Shown: positions 37,110-51,400 of the stretch, in pieces | Layout: every line of letters starts with the position of its first letter | How positions within the stretch are numbered: the first letter of the stretch is position 1 | DNA from: Eledone cirrhosa | Taxonomy: Eukaryota | Assembly (NCBI GenBank): GCA_964016885.1 | Contig: OZ024764.1 | Span: forward strand, 27,156,001 to 27,220,000 | Direction of reading: 5' to 3' | DNA length: 64,000 bases | The notes under the pieces: model-generated | What the model saw: the letters and a program-made list of their open reading frames with translations, nothing else | The model's database searches: none | Told to the model about the DNA's origin: nothing | Made by a program: the position numbers and the translations under genes

Positions 37110-37869
37110 ATGCAAATAGACTTAGAATGGAAAACATTCAGACAGAGAAGAATGGATAATGAGCGTCGTAAGAGAAATTGGCCAACAATTAATATTAATG
37201 GAAATGTAGAAGAATTTCATATTAGTGATATGAATGTTTCGTGTGATCACTGTGGAGCTTTGAAATTTAGAAATGAAAATTGTAACTGTTGTAATAAAGG
37301 AAAGGTAGTGTTGCCACCATTGCAAATATACCCTGAGAGACTGAGAAATCTCTTTGAAAGAGGCCAGGAAGCAGTTGATTTCACAGAAACATCTGCAATT
37401 AAAACTACATTTATTTCACTTCATTTGGTGTTACCACCCGGCAGAGGCCCGTATAGATTTCATATTCAGGGTCAAACATATCAATACACACCCATCTCTG
37501 TAACCTGCAGAAAATACACCACAATATGGCCAGTTATATATTATTGATGGGAACGAAGGTGTGTAGCACAGATTGGAAGTACAACCAAATAATTGTTTCT
37601 GGCACAAGGCCAGCAATTACTGATACTTTATTCTATCGACCTCATAAGGATGAAAACAAAGTCAACCTTAGAGGGATTTGAACCCAGAACGTAAAGGGCC
37701 ATAACCCTATGCTGCAAAGCATGGTGTCTGACGCTCTACCGATACTGCCAATCCACTGCCCTAGTCCCAACAAATAATGACTGCTCACCACAAAAAATGG
37801 CTATGATAAGAGAGGTGTTGCATGAATATAATCCATATGTCGAAGTGTACAATACAATGCATGGCATCA
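37110..37869 (+). pseudogene. Helitron RepHel pseudogene copy 2, 5' part
   Basis: Near-identical to 24420-25178, including the SINE at 37594-37762. Ends at GGCATCA. Confidence 0.9.
37594..37762 (-). mobile_element. tRNA-derived SINE (paralog of 24904-25072)
   Basis: Same sequence and flanks as the copy-1 SINE. Confidence 0.85.
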
Positions 37870-38405
37870 CAAATGAATATATATATATATACTACTAAAG
37901 TGTATGTAAAATTTTAAAATAAATACTTAAATTCAATTTGTATAATTACACATACAATATGTTTTGTTGTAAAACCCTAAATAATGATTTAAGAAATGAT
38001 GTCAATCTCTTTGTACAGAGAAAAACAATTTATATATATGCATCGTGTGCGCGTGTATACTCCATTTAAGACAGCGAAAAACCTAGTACCTCCTTCAAAG
38101 AATGCCAAATAGTTTATGCCTAAGGTGTAACACTAATTAAGTTACTGGTATAGATATTTCAGTTGAACCCTGCTTCAAACATGCATATTATTATTATATA
38201 TTTTCAAACACACTTACATACATTATATTTATACACATAGAAATGTTAAAACTAAAGTATAATGATATAACAACAGTATATAATAGTTTTCTTCACTTTA
38301 TTGAGATGCAATCGTTTTAAAGAAAAAACATGACAGTATAAGAAATATTTAATATGATAACATAATATTTCAGGTAGGATGGTGGTTTCTCTTTGAACTA
38401 ATAAT

Positions 38406-38570
38406 TGTTTCTACTTTAGGCACAAGGCCAGCAATTAACCAGTACATTACTGGTACTTTATTTTATCGACCCCGTAAGGATGAAAGGCAAAGTTAACCTC
38501 GGATCGTAAAGGGACGTAACTATGCTGGAAAGCATGGCGTCAGACCCTCTACCGATACTGCCAATTCACC
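38406..38570 (-). mobile_element. tRNA-derived SINE, separate insertion with the B-box region deleted
   Basis: Core TTATCGACCCCGTAAGGATGAAAGGCAAAGTTAACCTCGG, with an A-box at the right end. Paralog at 52723-52887. Confidence 0.8.
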
Positions 38571-38771
38571 ATACAGTATAATTATACAAATATGCATATA
38601 GATAGCAATATATATACACTAATATGTATGTACATATTTATACATATATACATATATATAGGGAGAGAGAGAGACACATGTATGTATATATATATACACA
38701 TGCGTGTATGTATGTGTTTATGTACATTCTTCGGTATATATATATGAGTCACGGTTTATTACACATTGGAG

Positions 38772-40494
38772 ACACAGAGAGAAAGAGTTGAAACGAGAGG
38801 TGAGAGAGTTGAAACAAGAGAGGAGAGAGTTGAAACGAGAAAAGAGAGAGAGAGTTGAAACGAGAGGAGAGAGAGAGAGAGTTGTAACGAGAGGAGAGAG
38901 AGAGAGAGAGTTGAAACGAGAGGAGAGAGAGTTGAAACGAGGAGAGAGTTGAAACAAGAGGGTGAGGGGAGAGAGGGGAGAGAGTGATGAAACGAGTCGG
39001 AGATAGAGTGTGAAAGAGAGAGAGAGAGGAAGAGAGAGAGAGAGAGGAAGAGAGAGAGAGAGGAAGAGAGAGAGAGAAAGAGAGAGAGAGAGGAAGAGAG
39101 AGAGAGGAAGAGAGAGAGAGGAAGAGGGAGAGGGGGGATGAAACAAGAGGGTGAGGGATGAAACAAGAGAGAGAGGGGAGAGAAAGAGAGAGGGGAGAGA
39201 AAGAGAGAGGGGAGAGAAAGAGAGAGAGAGAGAGAGAACGAATTGAAACAAGAGAGAGATGAAACAAGTGAGGGATTAGAGTGTTGAAACAAGAGAGAGA
39301 GGAAGAGAGAGAGAGAGCAAGATGGAACGAGAGAGAGAGAGCGAGATGAAATGAGAGCGAGATGAAACGAGAGAGAGAGAGAATGAGATGAAATGAGAGA
39401 GAGAGAGAGCGAGAGAGAGAGCGAGATGAAACGAGAGAGAGAGAGAGAGAGAGAGAGCGAGATGAAATGAGACAGAGAGAGCGAGATGAAACGAGAGAGA
39501 GAGAGAGCGAGATGAAATGAGAGAGTGAGTGCGAGATGAAATGAGAGAGAGTGAGAGCGACATGAAATGAGAGAGAGAGAGCGAGATGAAACGAGAGAGA
39601 GAGAGAGCGAGATGAAATGAGAGAGAGTCAGAGCGAGATGAAATGAGAGAGTGAGAGCGAGATGAAATGAGAGAGAGAGAGCGAGATGAAATGAGAGAGA
39701 GTGAGAGCGAGATGAAATGAGAGAGAGAGAGCGAGATGAAATGAGAGAGAGAGGAAACGAGACTAGAGAGCGAGATGAAACAGGAGAGAGAGAGCGAGAT
39801 GAAACAGGAGAGAGAGAGCGAGATGAAACAGGAGAGAGAGAGCGAGATGAAACGAGAGGGAGAGAGAGATGAAATGAGAGAGCGAGAGAGAGATAGAGGG
39901 AGATGAAACGACAGAGAGAGAGACAGATGAAACGAGAGAGAGAAATAGAGATGAAACGAGAGAGAGTGATGAAACGAGAGAGAGGAAGAGAGAGATGGAA
40001 CGAGAGAGAGGAAGAGAGAGATGGAACGAGAGAGAGGAAGACAGAGATGAAATGAGAGAGAGGAAGACAGAGATGAAACGAGAGAGAGAGAGAGCGAGAT
40101 GAAACGAGAGAGAGAGAGCGCGAGATGAAACTCTGTCATGTAATGTTATGGACATATCTGCCCCTGGGGCTAATAATTGTCATGTAATGTTATGGTCATC
40201 TCTGCCCCTGTGGTTAATAATTCTGTCATGTAATGTTATGGTCATGTCTGCACCTGTGGCTAATAAATCTGTCATGTAATGTTATGGTCATCTCTGCCTC
40301 TGTGGCTAATAATTCTGTCATGTAATGTTATGGACATCTCTGCCCCTGTGGCTAATAATTCTGACATGTAATGTTATGGACATCTCTGCCCCGGTGGCTA
40401 ATAATTCTGACATGTACTGTTATGGACATCTCTGCCCCTGTGGCTAATAATTCTGACATGTAATGTTATGGACATTGCTATCTTGTTTCATCTC
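38772..40494 (+). repeat. Single higher-order unit of the composite satellite
   Basis: GA block at about 38772-40131 and 46-bp block at about 40132-40475, then TGCTA plus the inverted motif TCTTGTTTCATCTC. Confidence 0.93.
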
Positions 40495-42091
40495 AAACAG
40501 CAAAGTGCAAGAAGAGAAAATTGTCGTGTACAGAACTGTGAATTAAGATTTAGAAGAGGATCAGATATGAGCTGCTCTAATTTACCAACTAGTAATGATA
40601 GCTGTTGTTTTGTGGGGGATTGAGGGCACACCACCTGTACAAAGAGATATTATCATCTTTCCTAAAGACCATCCTCCTCAGAAAATACCACATAATGCAT
40701 GCCACTTGGACCTCATGACCGACCGATAATGGTGAATTTTGGTGGCATAGTGCCATGGAGAGGAATGTAGGACCTGTGTTTGCAATAGACTGACAATGCA
40801 GGAGTATTACATATACTGTATAGCATATAGAGGAGGATTTAGTGCGATATATAGGGCAGGTAAATTATTTTAGCAGTATTTAGTGGATGCCTATATGAAA
40901 GTAGAGGGATGCAGGCTTCAATATTTGAGGAACAATCAAGCCCAATTGTGAGTGGATGAGTATAATGGTTTAATGAATTATCTAAACAGATGATAACACT
41001 GAGCCTTAAAAAATGAAGACAAGATAAGAAACAGAGAAGACATTGACAGAATCGTGTCAGCAGAAATACCTGCATTGGAAGATGATCCAGTACTACATGA
41101 GCAGGTTTAAAAGTTTATGATCCACAGGCCATGTGGTTCTGGAAACCCTTTTCCCCCATTTATACAAAATGGATTTTTCAAAAAGAACTATCCAAAAACC
41201 TACAGAAGGGAAACATTATTGAACCTAAATGGATACCCAGAGTACAGGAGGTGCAAGACAGGAACTGCAGTGTAAATTGGATGACATTCAGTAGATAACA
41301 GGAATGTTATGCCATTTAATGCCTTTTTGCTTAAGAAATATTGTGCACATATTAATGTTGAAGTTTGCGCTTCTGTAAAAAGTGTCAAGTACCTCTTTAA
41401 ATATGTTACATGGGGCATGATTGTACATCTATAGAAGTAACGAATAATGCATTACCTAATGAGGCTCAGAACCAACACAACCATGATGAAATAAGAACCT
41501 ATCTTTGTTGCAGGTATGTGTCTCAGCCAGAAGCAGTGTCGTGTCTCTCGGAATTTAAGCTTCATGGTACATCACATACAGTATACAGCCTAGCCACACA
41601 CCTGGAGAACAAACAGAGTTTACTTTCAAAGAGGCAATGCTCAGGTTGTGGTAGAAATGCAGGGACCCTTGCTGCCTGGTTCAAGCTAAATGAACTTGCT
41701 TACACCTTCTGGGATGCCGCCTCACTAACTCCAATTATAAGCAGGATCAATAATAATGCTTCTATGGAATATTTCAATCCAGAACAGATTATGTAATGGC
41801 ACAAGATTAGAAGTAGTAGAACTGCATAAACATTTTATCAAAGCTTCTCATATCTATGGTCCTTTGATGGGCAGGTGTGTTTTGATCCCAAGACTGAAGT
41901 TATCCCCCAGTGGTGCCAACATCCCTTTTACTTTGGAAAGACCCCAGTTTCCATTAAGACTGTCATATGCCATGACAATCAACAAGAACCATGGTCAAAT
42001 ACATGATAAAGTGGGTCTGTTCCTCCCTGAGCAAGTATTTAACCCTGGACAATTGTATGTTGCTTTTTCAACAGTTCACAGACAGATGTAA
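40493..42091 (+). pseudogene. Helitron RepHel pseudogene copy 2, 3' part
   Basis: Near-identical to 25176-26774, with the same Rep and PIF1 C-terminal motifs (ORFs 41410..41796 and 41756..42091). Confidence 0.92.
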
Positions 42092-42285
42092 AAATTAATC
42101 CTAGCAAACCCCCACCACTCCTACAACTGTTAGCTGTTAGCCCACCCCCAGCACCACCCAACCTCCGTTCTAGTCCCACCGTTAGAACCAATGCTGCTTA
42201 CCCTGCCTCTTTTACTAGTTCACTCCGTCGCTCGAATTTCAAAGCTGGCCCTCTACACTTGGTCGTTGCCAGCTCACCACCTGGT

Positions 42286-42423
42286 TGTGCTCTCTGTGTC
42301 CGCACTAGCCGGTACCTAAACACAATAAAATGTCACCTGTGCTACCAAAACTACCACAGGAACTCTGTCGGCATCAGCAAGGCTCAAGCCGAAAGGCTTC
42401 AATACTAGACCTGTAATCAGGGC
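42286..42423 (+). pseudogene. Degenerate PHD finger (copy 2)
   Basis: Same sequence as 26969-27106. Confidence 0.65.
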
Positions 42424-42663
42424 CACTTTACCTCCGACGACCAGCTTTCTACCGAGTGTGTGTTGATGGAGGGGACATGAGACCAGCAAAGTCCTAGGAG
42501 TAGAGACTAGTAAATAATAAACGGTCCTAGCTATGTTAAGAATATATATAAGAAAAATGTTCTATACATTTAAGAAGACAAGAGAAATAAATATTTACCT
42601 CTTTCATGTAGGTAATATAGCGGTGTTATAAAAGTATAATAACTGATGCAGGTAGTTTGTTTC

Positions 42664-42825
42664 AAACTATAACACATATAACTCTATCAGTGAAGCCCTT
42701 TAGTATAGGTCAACTGGGAAACTATAACACATATAACCCTATCAGTGAAGTCCTTTAGTATAGGTCAACTGGGAAATTATAACACATATAACCCTATCAG
42801 TGAAGTCCTTTAGTATAGGTTAACT
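42664..42825 (+). repeat. 55-bp minisatellite, about 3 copies
   Basis: Same unit as 27347-27934. Confidence 0.93.
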
Positions 42826-42971
42826 AACAGAAGTATTACGGGTATGGAAAAAATACTAAATAAGCCTACAACAGTCATTGCGGGCCACTCTGACTGGTCA
42901 GGTGGGCTCGATTGTGGCCCGCGGGCCGCCTGTTGCACGCCCCTCCTTTAGACAGAATATCTATCACTGTT

Positions 42972-43187
42972 AAGTAATACTGTGATCTGTCGGCTAACTA
43001 CATTTTCCAGCCTGTGGCGTTTGGGGGAGTCGGGATACTGACTGCGAGATTCCTATCTTCACTGGCGGCTAGCCTGACGAAGGTGACTGGTGAAGCTCGT
43101 GAGGGCACTTGGTTGTTCCAGCTCCTCAGCCTCGCCATCGCCCGAGGTAACGCTGCAGACGTGCTGGCTTGCCTAAAAAATCATTAG
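42972..43187 (+). pseudogene. CRE-like endonuclease C-terminal remnant, family 1 (copy 2)
   Basis: Paralog of 28020-28235, reading YIFQPVAF..RGNA. Confidence 0.75.
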
Positions 43188-44802
43188 AGAGGTTTCCCAG
43201 TGCTCCTCGCGATACTGTTATCTTTTGCTCTAGTAGCAGCTCGTTTGTCCACCCCTTTCGCCTGCCTTTGGTTGTATGTCGTCCTAGATGTGTGTATTAC
43301 CTGCTTGTGTGTTGTATGTGGTCCTAGATGTGTGTATTACCTGCTTATGTGGTCCTAGATGTATGTATTACCTGCTGGTGTGTTGTATGTGGTCCCAGAT
43401 GTGTGGATTACCTGTTTTTGTGTTGTATGTGGTCCCAAATGTGTGTGCTACCCGCTTCTGTGATTTGTTGTTTCTTCTTTCTCTCTTCCGAGAAACAATC
43501 CTGTATTTTTTTAATCTATTCCATGCGTTAAGTAATTAGCAGCAACAACAAACTGATTTTCAGTTGTAAAAAGAATCTTTAAACCTTCACCATTTACATT
43601 AACACATACCATACGTTGTCCCAGCCACAAATAAACAGTAAAAAAAACTTACTTTGCGGTTAAATTCTTCACAATTAAAAGAAAAATATTTCTAACACGT
43701 TTCTAGACAACACCAAGTTTACACCTTCAATATCCGGTAAAAGTAAAAACAAATTCTGGAGACATTTAACGAAACGAAACTATGTAAAGAAAAACGAAAA
43801 TTAAACGAAGACAAATAGTAAATTTTAATTTTTATTAAATAAAATACCAGTAATTCACTGCAGTAGATTTAATCAACTTTACTCTCTCTGCACGAAAGAA
43901 GAAAAAAATTCCTGACTTAGTGCTTAATATATAGAGAGGGGGAGAGTTTGGTGTTACTTCATATAGAGAGGGGTATTGGAAGAGAGTGCCGTGTAGTAGA
44001 TATAGAGAGGGAGAGAGTGTGTGCTAATTGATATAAAGAGGGGGATTTGCACCCCCCCCCCCCCGCCTAGAAAAATTCTGAAATGCTTCGACCTCCCTGT
44101 ACATATATATATATATATAGTATACACACACAGACATATATATAGTAAATAAATGTGTGTGTGTATCAGTGGTCCCCAAACTTTTCTGTTCCACACCCCT
44201 CCTCTAAAATATGTTTATGTTCCCCTTTAATATAAAAACAATCCGAGTATTCTGAAAGTATTATTACTGTAATATAAAGTAGAAACCCTTTATTTAAACA
44301 AAGCTACGATGCAGCGATGATCAAAACAAACTTCTCGTAGGTGCTGCCAAGCGGGGAAAAGTGGATGTATAATGATGATGATATATATATATATGCCCCA
44401 CCCTTGCAAACAGGGAAAAGCAGACGTAAAATGAAAATGATGATATATATATAGATATGTATATATATATATTTATACTTATACGTCATGGTGGCTACAG
44501 GTGCCAAGAGGAAGAAGCCGGTCAAATCCTCTGATATTTGTTTATCTTCCTTTCCTTTGTATATATATATATAGTATGTGTGTGTGTATGAAGATGTATG
44601 ACCCCCTAGCAAGCCAAACTACAGTTACTCCCCAACATGGAGAGCAAATTAAAACATTACCTGTTAGAGACGAACGTGAAATGATTTGTTAGTGAACTAC
44701 CGGTGTCACAGTAATTATGTTACCGGTGTAACTATTTCTGTTTACCTTATTTTTAAATCACACTCCTATATTAGTTTAGTGACCTTTCAATTCAAATAAA
44801 TT

Positions 44803-45227
44803 CTTGATGATGATTGAACTCGCATCGGAGTAGCCCAACGCCTTGGCCTCCGCGTGTGTGAGCCACATAAATGCTCTCAACGACATAGTGAGAAGAAGCC
44901 TGGACGCAGCTGAATTTCCATCTCAACTGGAGTCAGCAGGCTTAGGCCGCGGAGATGGCAAGCACCCCGAGGGAATCACCCTCTTCCCATTCGAAGGAGG
45001 TAGATCCACAAACCCCAGCATCGCTGCCCGTCTCGCAGATGAACATAAAATAAACAAATTCCGGTGTTTGTCCTGGAGCCTCTTCTAAGCACCAGCCGCC
45101 GTCGAGACCCCGGGCCAACTTGGACCCATTACAGCCGAGCTCCTCCGCAACATCGCAGTGTCTGTGGCCCGTCTGAGGATGGAGTCCCACGAGGTTGGAT
45201 GCCTGTTGCAGCAGGTGTTACTGTCCT
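44803..45227 (+). pseudogene. CRE-like remnant, family 2 (copy 2, more complete)
   Basis: LDDD..RIGVAQRLGLRVCEPHKC and LNDIVRRSL..GLGRGDGKHPEGIT. Retains 18 bp that are deleted in copy 1. Confidence 0.8.
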
Positions 45228-45344
45228 TACATATATATACGTAAATGTTCCCTTGACTGCTATTTCTAGCATATATTAATAGACACTTTAGAAACAGCAG
45301 CTAAAAATCAAGAAACAACAGTGTGTGTCTGTATATATATACAC

Positions 45345-45421
<77 letters not shown>

Positions 45422-45500
45422 AGCCAAAGACACGCACACACGAACATACACATACACACAGGTGTATGTCTGCGTGTATGTATATATATGTGTGTGTCTT

Positions 45501-45604
<104 letters not shown>

Positions 45605-45631
45605 GTCAGTGATCCCCCTCGCAACCTTTAA

Positions 45632-46950
45632 TTAACCAAACCTGCGATGAGGCGATGATCAAAATAAACACCAAAGTATAAACAAACAGCCCATAGGTGC
45701 TGCCGGATACACGATAACATGTGTAGACGAAGTAAAACTTTTATTACTGTAATATAAAGTAGAAACCCTTTATTTAAACAAAGCTGCGATGCAGCGATGA
45801 TCAAAACAAACTTCAAATAACATGTGTATACGAAGTGTATCTGGAAGCTTGGTCGTATTATATGACTTTCAAATTGACCCCTATTATATTCAAATTATCC
45901 CCTGTGGGGCGTGCACCCCACGTTGAGAATCCCTCATAAATAAATATATGTGAGTGTGTTGCTATGACTGCTATTTCTAGCAGGTTTACTGCAGTCCTGT
46001 AGACGCACAACAAAAACCGGAAGTGGCAGCCATTAAAAAACTTTGGCTTAAAATCAGGCAAAAGTTTTTTAACAATTTGCCAAGAAAGATAACTCTTGTC
46101 TTACTTAATCGCAAAAATCGAGGCAAAAATTTTGTGGGTGTACAGTTTGTTTGGTGTATTTGACTGCTATTTCTAGCATGTATGGACACTTTAGAAATAG
46201 CAGCGAAAAACGGAAAACAGCAGAAAGAAGGACACACACCTATATATATATATATATATACCAGCTATACACTCACCCATACATATATATATATACCAGC
46301 TATACACACACCCATATCTACGTATAGGTGTGTGTGCGCGCGTGTATGTATATATAAATATATATATTTAAATGTATATATCTGTGCATATATATATGTA
46401 TATATATATACGTGTGTGTCCTTCTTTCTTATGTTTCCCGTGTTTCGCTGCTATTTCTAAAGTGTCCATATATGCTAGAAATAGCAGTCAAATACACCAA
46501 ACAAACTGCACACCCGCAAAATTTTTTGCCTCGATTTTTGAGATTAAGTAAGACAAGAGTTATCTTTCTTGGCAAATTGTTAAAAAACTTTTGCCTGATT
46601 TTAAGCCAAAGTTTTTTAATGGCTTCCACTTCCGGTTTTTGTTGTGCGTCTACAGGACTGCAGTAAACCTGCTAGAAATAGCAGTCATAGCAACACACTC
46701 ACATATATTTATTTATGAGGGATTCTCAACGTGGGGTGCACGCCCCACAGGGGATAATTTGAATATAATAGGGGTCAATTTGAAAGTCATATAATACGAC
46801 CCAACTCCCTGTTACACTTCGTATACACATGTTATCGTGTATCTGGCAGCACCTGCGAGAAGTTTGTTTACATTTTGGGGTTTGCTTTGATGATCGCTGC
46901 ATCTCAGCTTTGTTTAAATAAAGGGTTTCTACTTTATATTACAGTAATAA
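45632..46950. mobile_element. Large palindromic element (copy 2, different inner part)
   Basis: About 45851-46207 is the reverse complement of about 46443-46801 (mirrored ORFs 45858..46061- and 46591..46794+). Confidence 0.75.
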
Positions 46951-48665
46951 CACTTTTACAAGACTCGGATTGTTTTTATATTAAAGGGGGACATGTTTTT
47001 TAAACTCTGAACTCAGCATCTTTCTGTTGTTCTCCGGGATTCTAGCAAAGTATAAAAAAAAATATATATATATAGATATATATATATATATCTGGCAGTC
47101 AACCTCAGACTCGAAAAAGCCGCCGCTATCTTTCATGGTGGTCTGGTGGGTGATACCAGAGATGGTGGTAGTCATGGTTTCGGTTTCAATCCTGGTCATG
47201 GGTTACATATAAGGTCTCATTTTTCTTTCTTTCAGTTTTCTTCTTATCTCTAGATATAAATATATATACATAAGGTAATTTGGTAGAATTGTTAGAACAT
47301 CAGATAGAATTCTTTGCAGTATTTTTCCAGTTCTTTACTCTGAGTTCAACTTTACCTTTCTTCCATTCGGTGTCGATAAGTCTTGAATATGTCTAACGTA
47401 GCAATAACTGGAGCTACTTAACCAAGTTTTCCCAACCTAGTCGATGTCACCTACTGGTTGGCGATTTAAACTGTTGGCTGGGACAATGACCAACTAATCA
47501 GTCAGATTCCAACTCACTATGTCTGGCATATATTTTATATTTTATATTTGAATGAAGTTCTGTAAGTAACCTGGTGGCTTAGATGGCAATACTGCTCGAA
47601 TAGATGGCTTCTATTATGAAGTTATAAGTTCATTCCCTATCCAGGATTGTAGAATTAATTTTATTTAGTTATTATTTAATCAATTGTTTTAACAAACAAA
47701 TTATATCTATAAAACGCCAAATATAGTGAGTTCAAATCTGACTGACATGCATGGTATATATTTATGTTTCATTATACAGCGACACAATACACAGGAACTT
47801 ATAAAGATATGTATATATTGTCCAGGAGTTTCGAGTTTAGTGGGAATTGGTACAACTCTCAATTGGAGCTAGTCCCTGCAAGATCAGCATAAATAATGTT
47901 ATACCTTTTCATGAAATCTTGCACACCCGATATTTTATACATGATTATTTAAAGGTGAACAAAAACCAAAGAACATTGTGCAGCATTTCTCAACCTTTCT
48001 ACCCATGTCGATCTCTTGAAATAGTTTTTATGTCTCAGGGAAGCCCTGCATAAAATATACTTTTTCTATCTCTAGAGCAGTGGTTCCCAAATCGTGTGCT
48101 GCGAGATGAAACAAGATGAGCTGCAAAAGACTAAGATTAAGTTTTAAGATGTGAAAAATATAAAACTGAAATTTCATATAAAAGTTCAAATATAGCTACA
48201 GCCACAAACCTAGGCTCCACACCCCGCAATGCAGAGGATAGTAAGATAGTACCAAGGCCTGACTCACCTCTTCCACTCCATTGAGACCTCTGCCATACTT
48301 GGTCCCTGTACTGCTGATTTCCTCCATAAAGTCGGGAGGAAAGACAACAGGAGCCTCATGAGGAGGGGCAACTATTGTAGCAGGTGTCTCTGGCCTTGTT
48401 CCGAGGTAACGCTTTTACGTTTCTTCCACAGGTTGCGGCTGAGGGACCACTTAGACTGGGGTGAAGTGTCTGTCCCTCCCCCGACTTCTTACTTCTTTTT
48501 TTTTCTCCTTTTCATTTTCTTTTCTCTTCTTGCTTATCTCTGCTATACCACGGCATCAAAAACATATATAATATGTGTATGTATGGTATAGGTGTATTTA
48601 TATTTAGGATAGTTATCAAAGGTAAATAGACTGGTTGGAGCAATAACAGTCTTGTTTATGTATAT

Positions 48666-48732
<67 letters not shown>

Positions 48733-48833
48733 TGTTCTTGTATTTCCATAGAAAAGGTAAAGAAAAGAAGAATGCTATATATATTGTACAGAGCTATTTA
48801 ATTACATAATAAACAACAGAATATAATTATTCC

Positions 48834-49109
48834 ATGCAAATAGACTTAGACTGGAAAACATTCAGACAGAGAAGAATGGATAATGAGCGTCGTAAGAGAA
48901 ATTGCCAACAATTAATATTAATGGAAATGTAGAAGGATTTCATATTAGTGATATGAATGTTTCGTGTGATCACTGTGGAGCTTTGAAATTTAGAAATGAA
49001 AATTGTAACTGTTGTAATAAAGGAAAGGTTATGTTGCCACCATTGCAAATATACCCTGAGAGACTGAGAAATCTCTTTGAAAGAGATTTCTCAGTCTCTC
49101 AGGGTATAT
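48834..49109 (+). pseudogene. Helitron 5' fragment with 30-bp fold-back (copy 2)
   Basis: Arms at 49049-49078 and 49080-49109. Confidence 0.9.
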
Positions 49110-49816
49110 ATTCCCGCCGGTGAAATAAAAATTTTAATAGAAAAACGGCGGGAATATATGTTACAACCCAACCTACATATTTTTGGGCTGTAACATATAT
49201 TCCCGCCGTTGAAATAAATATTTTAATAGAAAAACGGCGGGAATATATGTTACAACCCAATCTATATATATTTGAGTTGTAACATATATTCCCGCCGTTG
49301 AAATAAAAATTTTAATAGAAAAACGGCGGGAATATATGTTACAACGCAATCTATATATATTTGGGTTGTAACATATATTCCCGCCGTTGAAATAAAAATT
49401 TTAATAGAAAAACGGCGGGAATATATGTTACAACCCAACCTACATATGTTTGGGTTGTAATATATATTCCCGCCGTTTTTCTGTTAAAATTTTTATTTCA
49501 ACGGCGGGAATATATGTTACAACCCAAATATATGTAGATTGGGTTGTAACATATATTCCCGCGTTTTTCTATTAAAATTTTTATTTCGACGGCGGGAATA
49601 TATGTTACAACCCAAATATATATAGATTGCGTTGTAACATATATTCCCGCCGTTTTTCTATTAAAATTTTTATTTCAACGGCGGGAATATATGTTACAAC
49701 CCAAATATATGTACATTGGATTGTAACATATATTCCCGCCGTTTTTCTATTCAAATTTTTATTTCACCGGCGGGAATATGTTACAACCCAAATATATATA
49801 TATTGAGTTGTAACAT
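49107..49816. repeat. 89-bp dumbbell array, copy 2 (4 forward plus 4 reverse long loops)
   Basis: Same unit as 34801-35511. Confidence 0.95.
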
Positions 49817-51400
49817 GGGTTACATATAAGGTCTCATTTTTTTTCTTTTCTTTCTTTCAGTTTTCTTCTTATCTCTAGATATAAATATATATACATGAGG
49901 TAACTTGGTAGAATTGTTAGAACATCAGATAGAATTCTTTGCAGTATTTTTCCAGTTCTTTACTCTGAGTTCAACTTTACCTTTCTTCCATTCAGTGTCG
50001 ATAAGTCTTGAATATGTCTAACGTAGCAATAACTGGAGCTACTTAACCAAGTTTTCCCAACCTAGTCGATGTCACCTACTGGTTGGCGATTTAAACTGTT
50101 GGCTGGGACAATGACCAACTAATCAGTCAGATTCGAACTCACTATGTCTGGCATATATTTTATATTTTATATTTGAATGAAGTTCTGTAAGTAACCTGGT
50201 GGCTTAGATGGCAATACTGCTCGAATAGATGGCTTCTATTATGCAGTTATAAGTTCATTCCCTATCCAGGATTGTAGAATTAATTTTATTTAGTTATTAT
50301 TTAATCAATTGTTTTAACAAACAAATTATATCTATAAAACGCCAAATATAGTGAGTTCAAATCTGACTGACATGCATGGTATATATTTATGTTTCATTAT
50401 ACAGCGACACAATACACAGGAACTTATAAAGATATGTATATATTGTCCAGGAGTTTCGAGTTTAGTGGGAATTGGTACAACTCTCAATTGGAGCTAGTCC
50501 CTGCAAGATCAGCATAAATAATGTTATACCTTTTCATGAAATCTTGCACACCCGATATTTTATACATGATTATTTAAAGGTGAACAAAAACCAAAGAACA
50601 TTGTGCAGCATTTCTCAACCTTTCTACCCATGTCGATCTCTTGAAATAGTTTTTATGTCTCAGGGAAGCCCTGCATAAAATATACTTTTTCTATCTCTAG
50701 AGCAGTGGTTCCCGAATCGTGTGCTGCGAGATGAAACAAGATGAGCTGCAAAAGACTAAGATTAAGTTTTATGATGTGAAAAATGTAAAGCTGAAATTTC
50801 ATATAAAAGTTCAAATATAGCTACAGCCACAAACCTAGGCTCCACACCCCGCAATGCAGAGGATAGTAAGATAGTACCAAGGCCTGACTCACCTCTTCCA
50901 CTCCATTGAGACCTCTGCCATACTTGGTCCCTGTACTGCTGATTTCCTCCATAAAGTCGGGAGGAAAGATGACAGGAGCCTCATGAGGAGGGGCGACTAT
51001 TGTAGCAGGTGTCTCTGGCCTTGCTCCGAGGTAACGCTTTTACGTTTCTTCCACAGGTTGCGGCTGAGGGACCACTTAGACTGGGGTGAAGTGTCTGTCC
51101 CTCCCCCGACTTCTTACTTCTTTTTTTTTCTCCTTTTCATTTTCTTTTCTCTTCTTGCTTATCTCTGCTATACCACGGCATCAAAAACATATATGATATA
51201 TGTATGTATGGTATAGGTGTATTTATATTTAGGATAGTTATCAAAGGTAAATAGACTGGTTGGAGCAATAACAGTCTTGTTTATGTATATACATATATAT
51301 ATATATTTATATGTTTGTTCTTGTATTTCCATAGAAAAGGTAAAGAAAAGAATAGTGCTCTATGTATTGTACAGAGCTATTTAATTACATAATAAACAAC

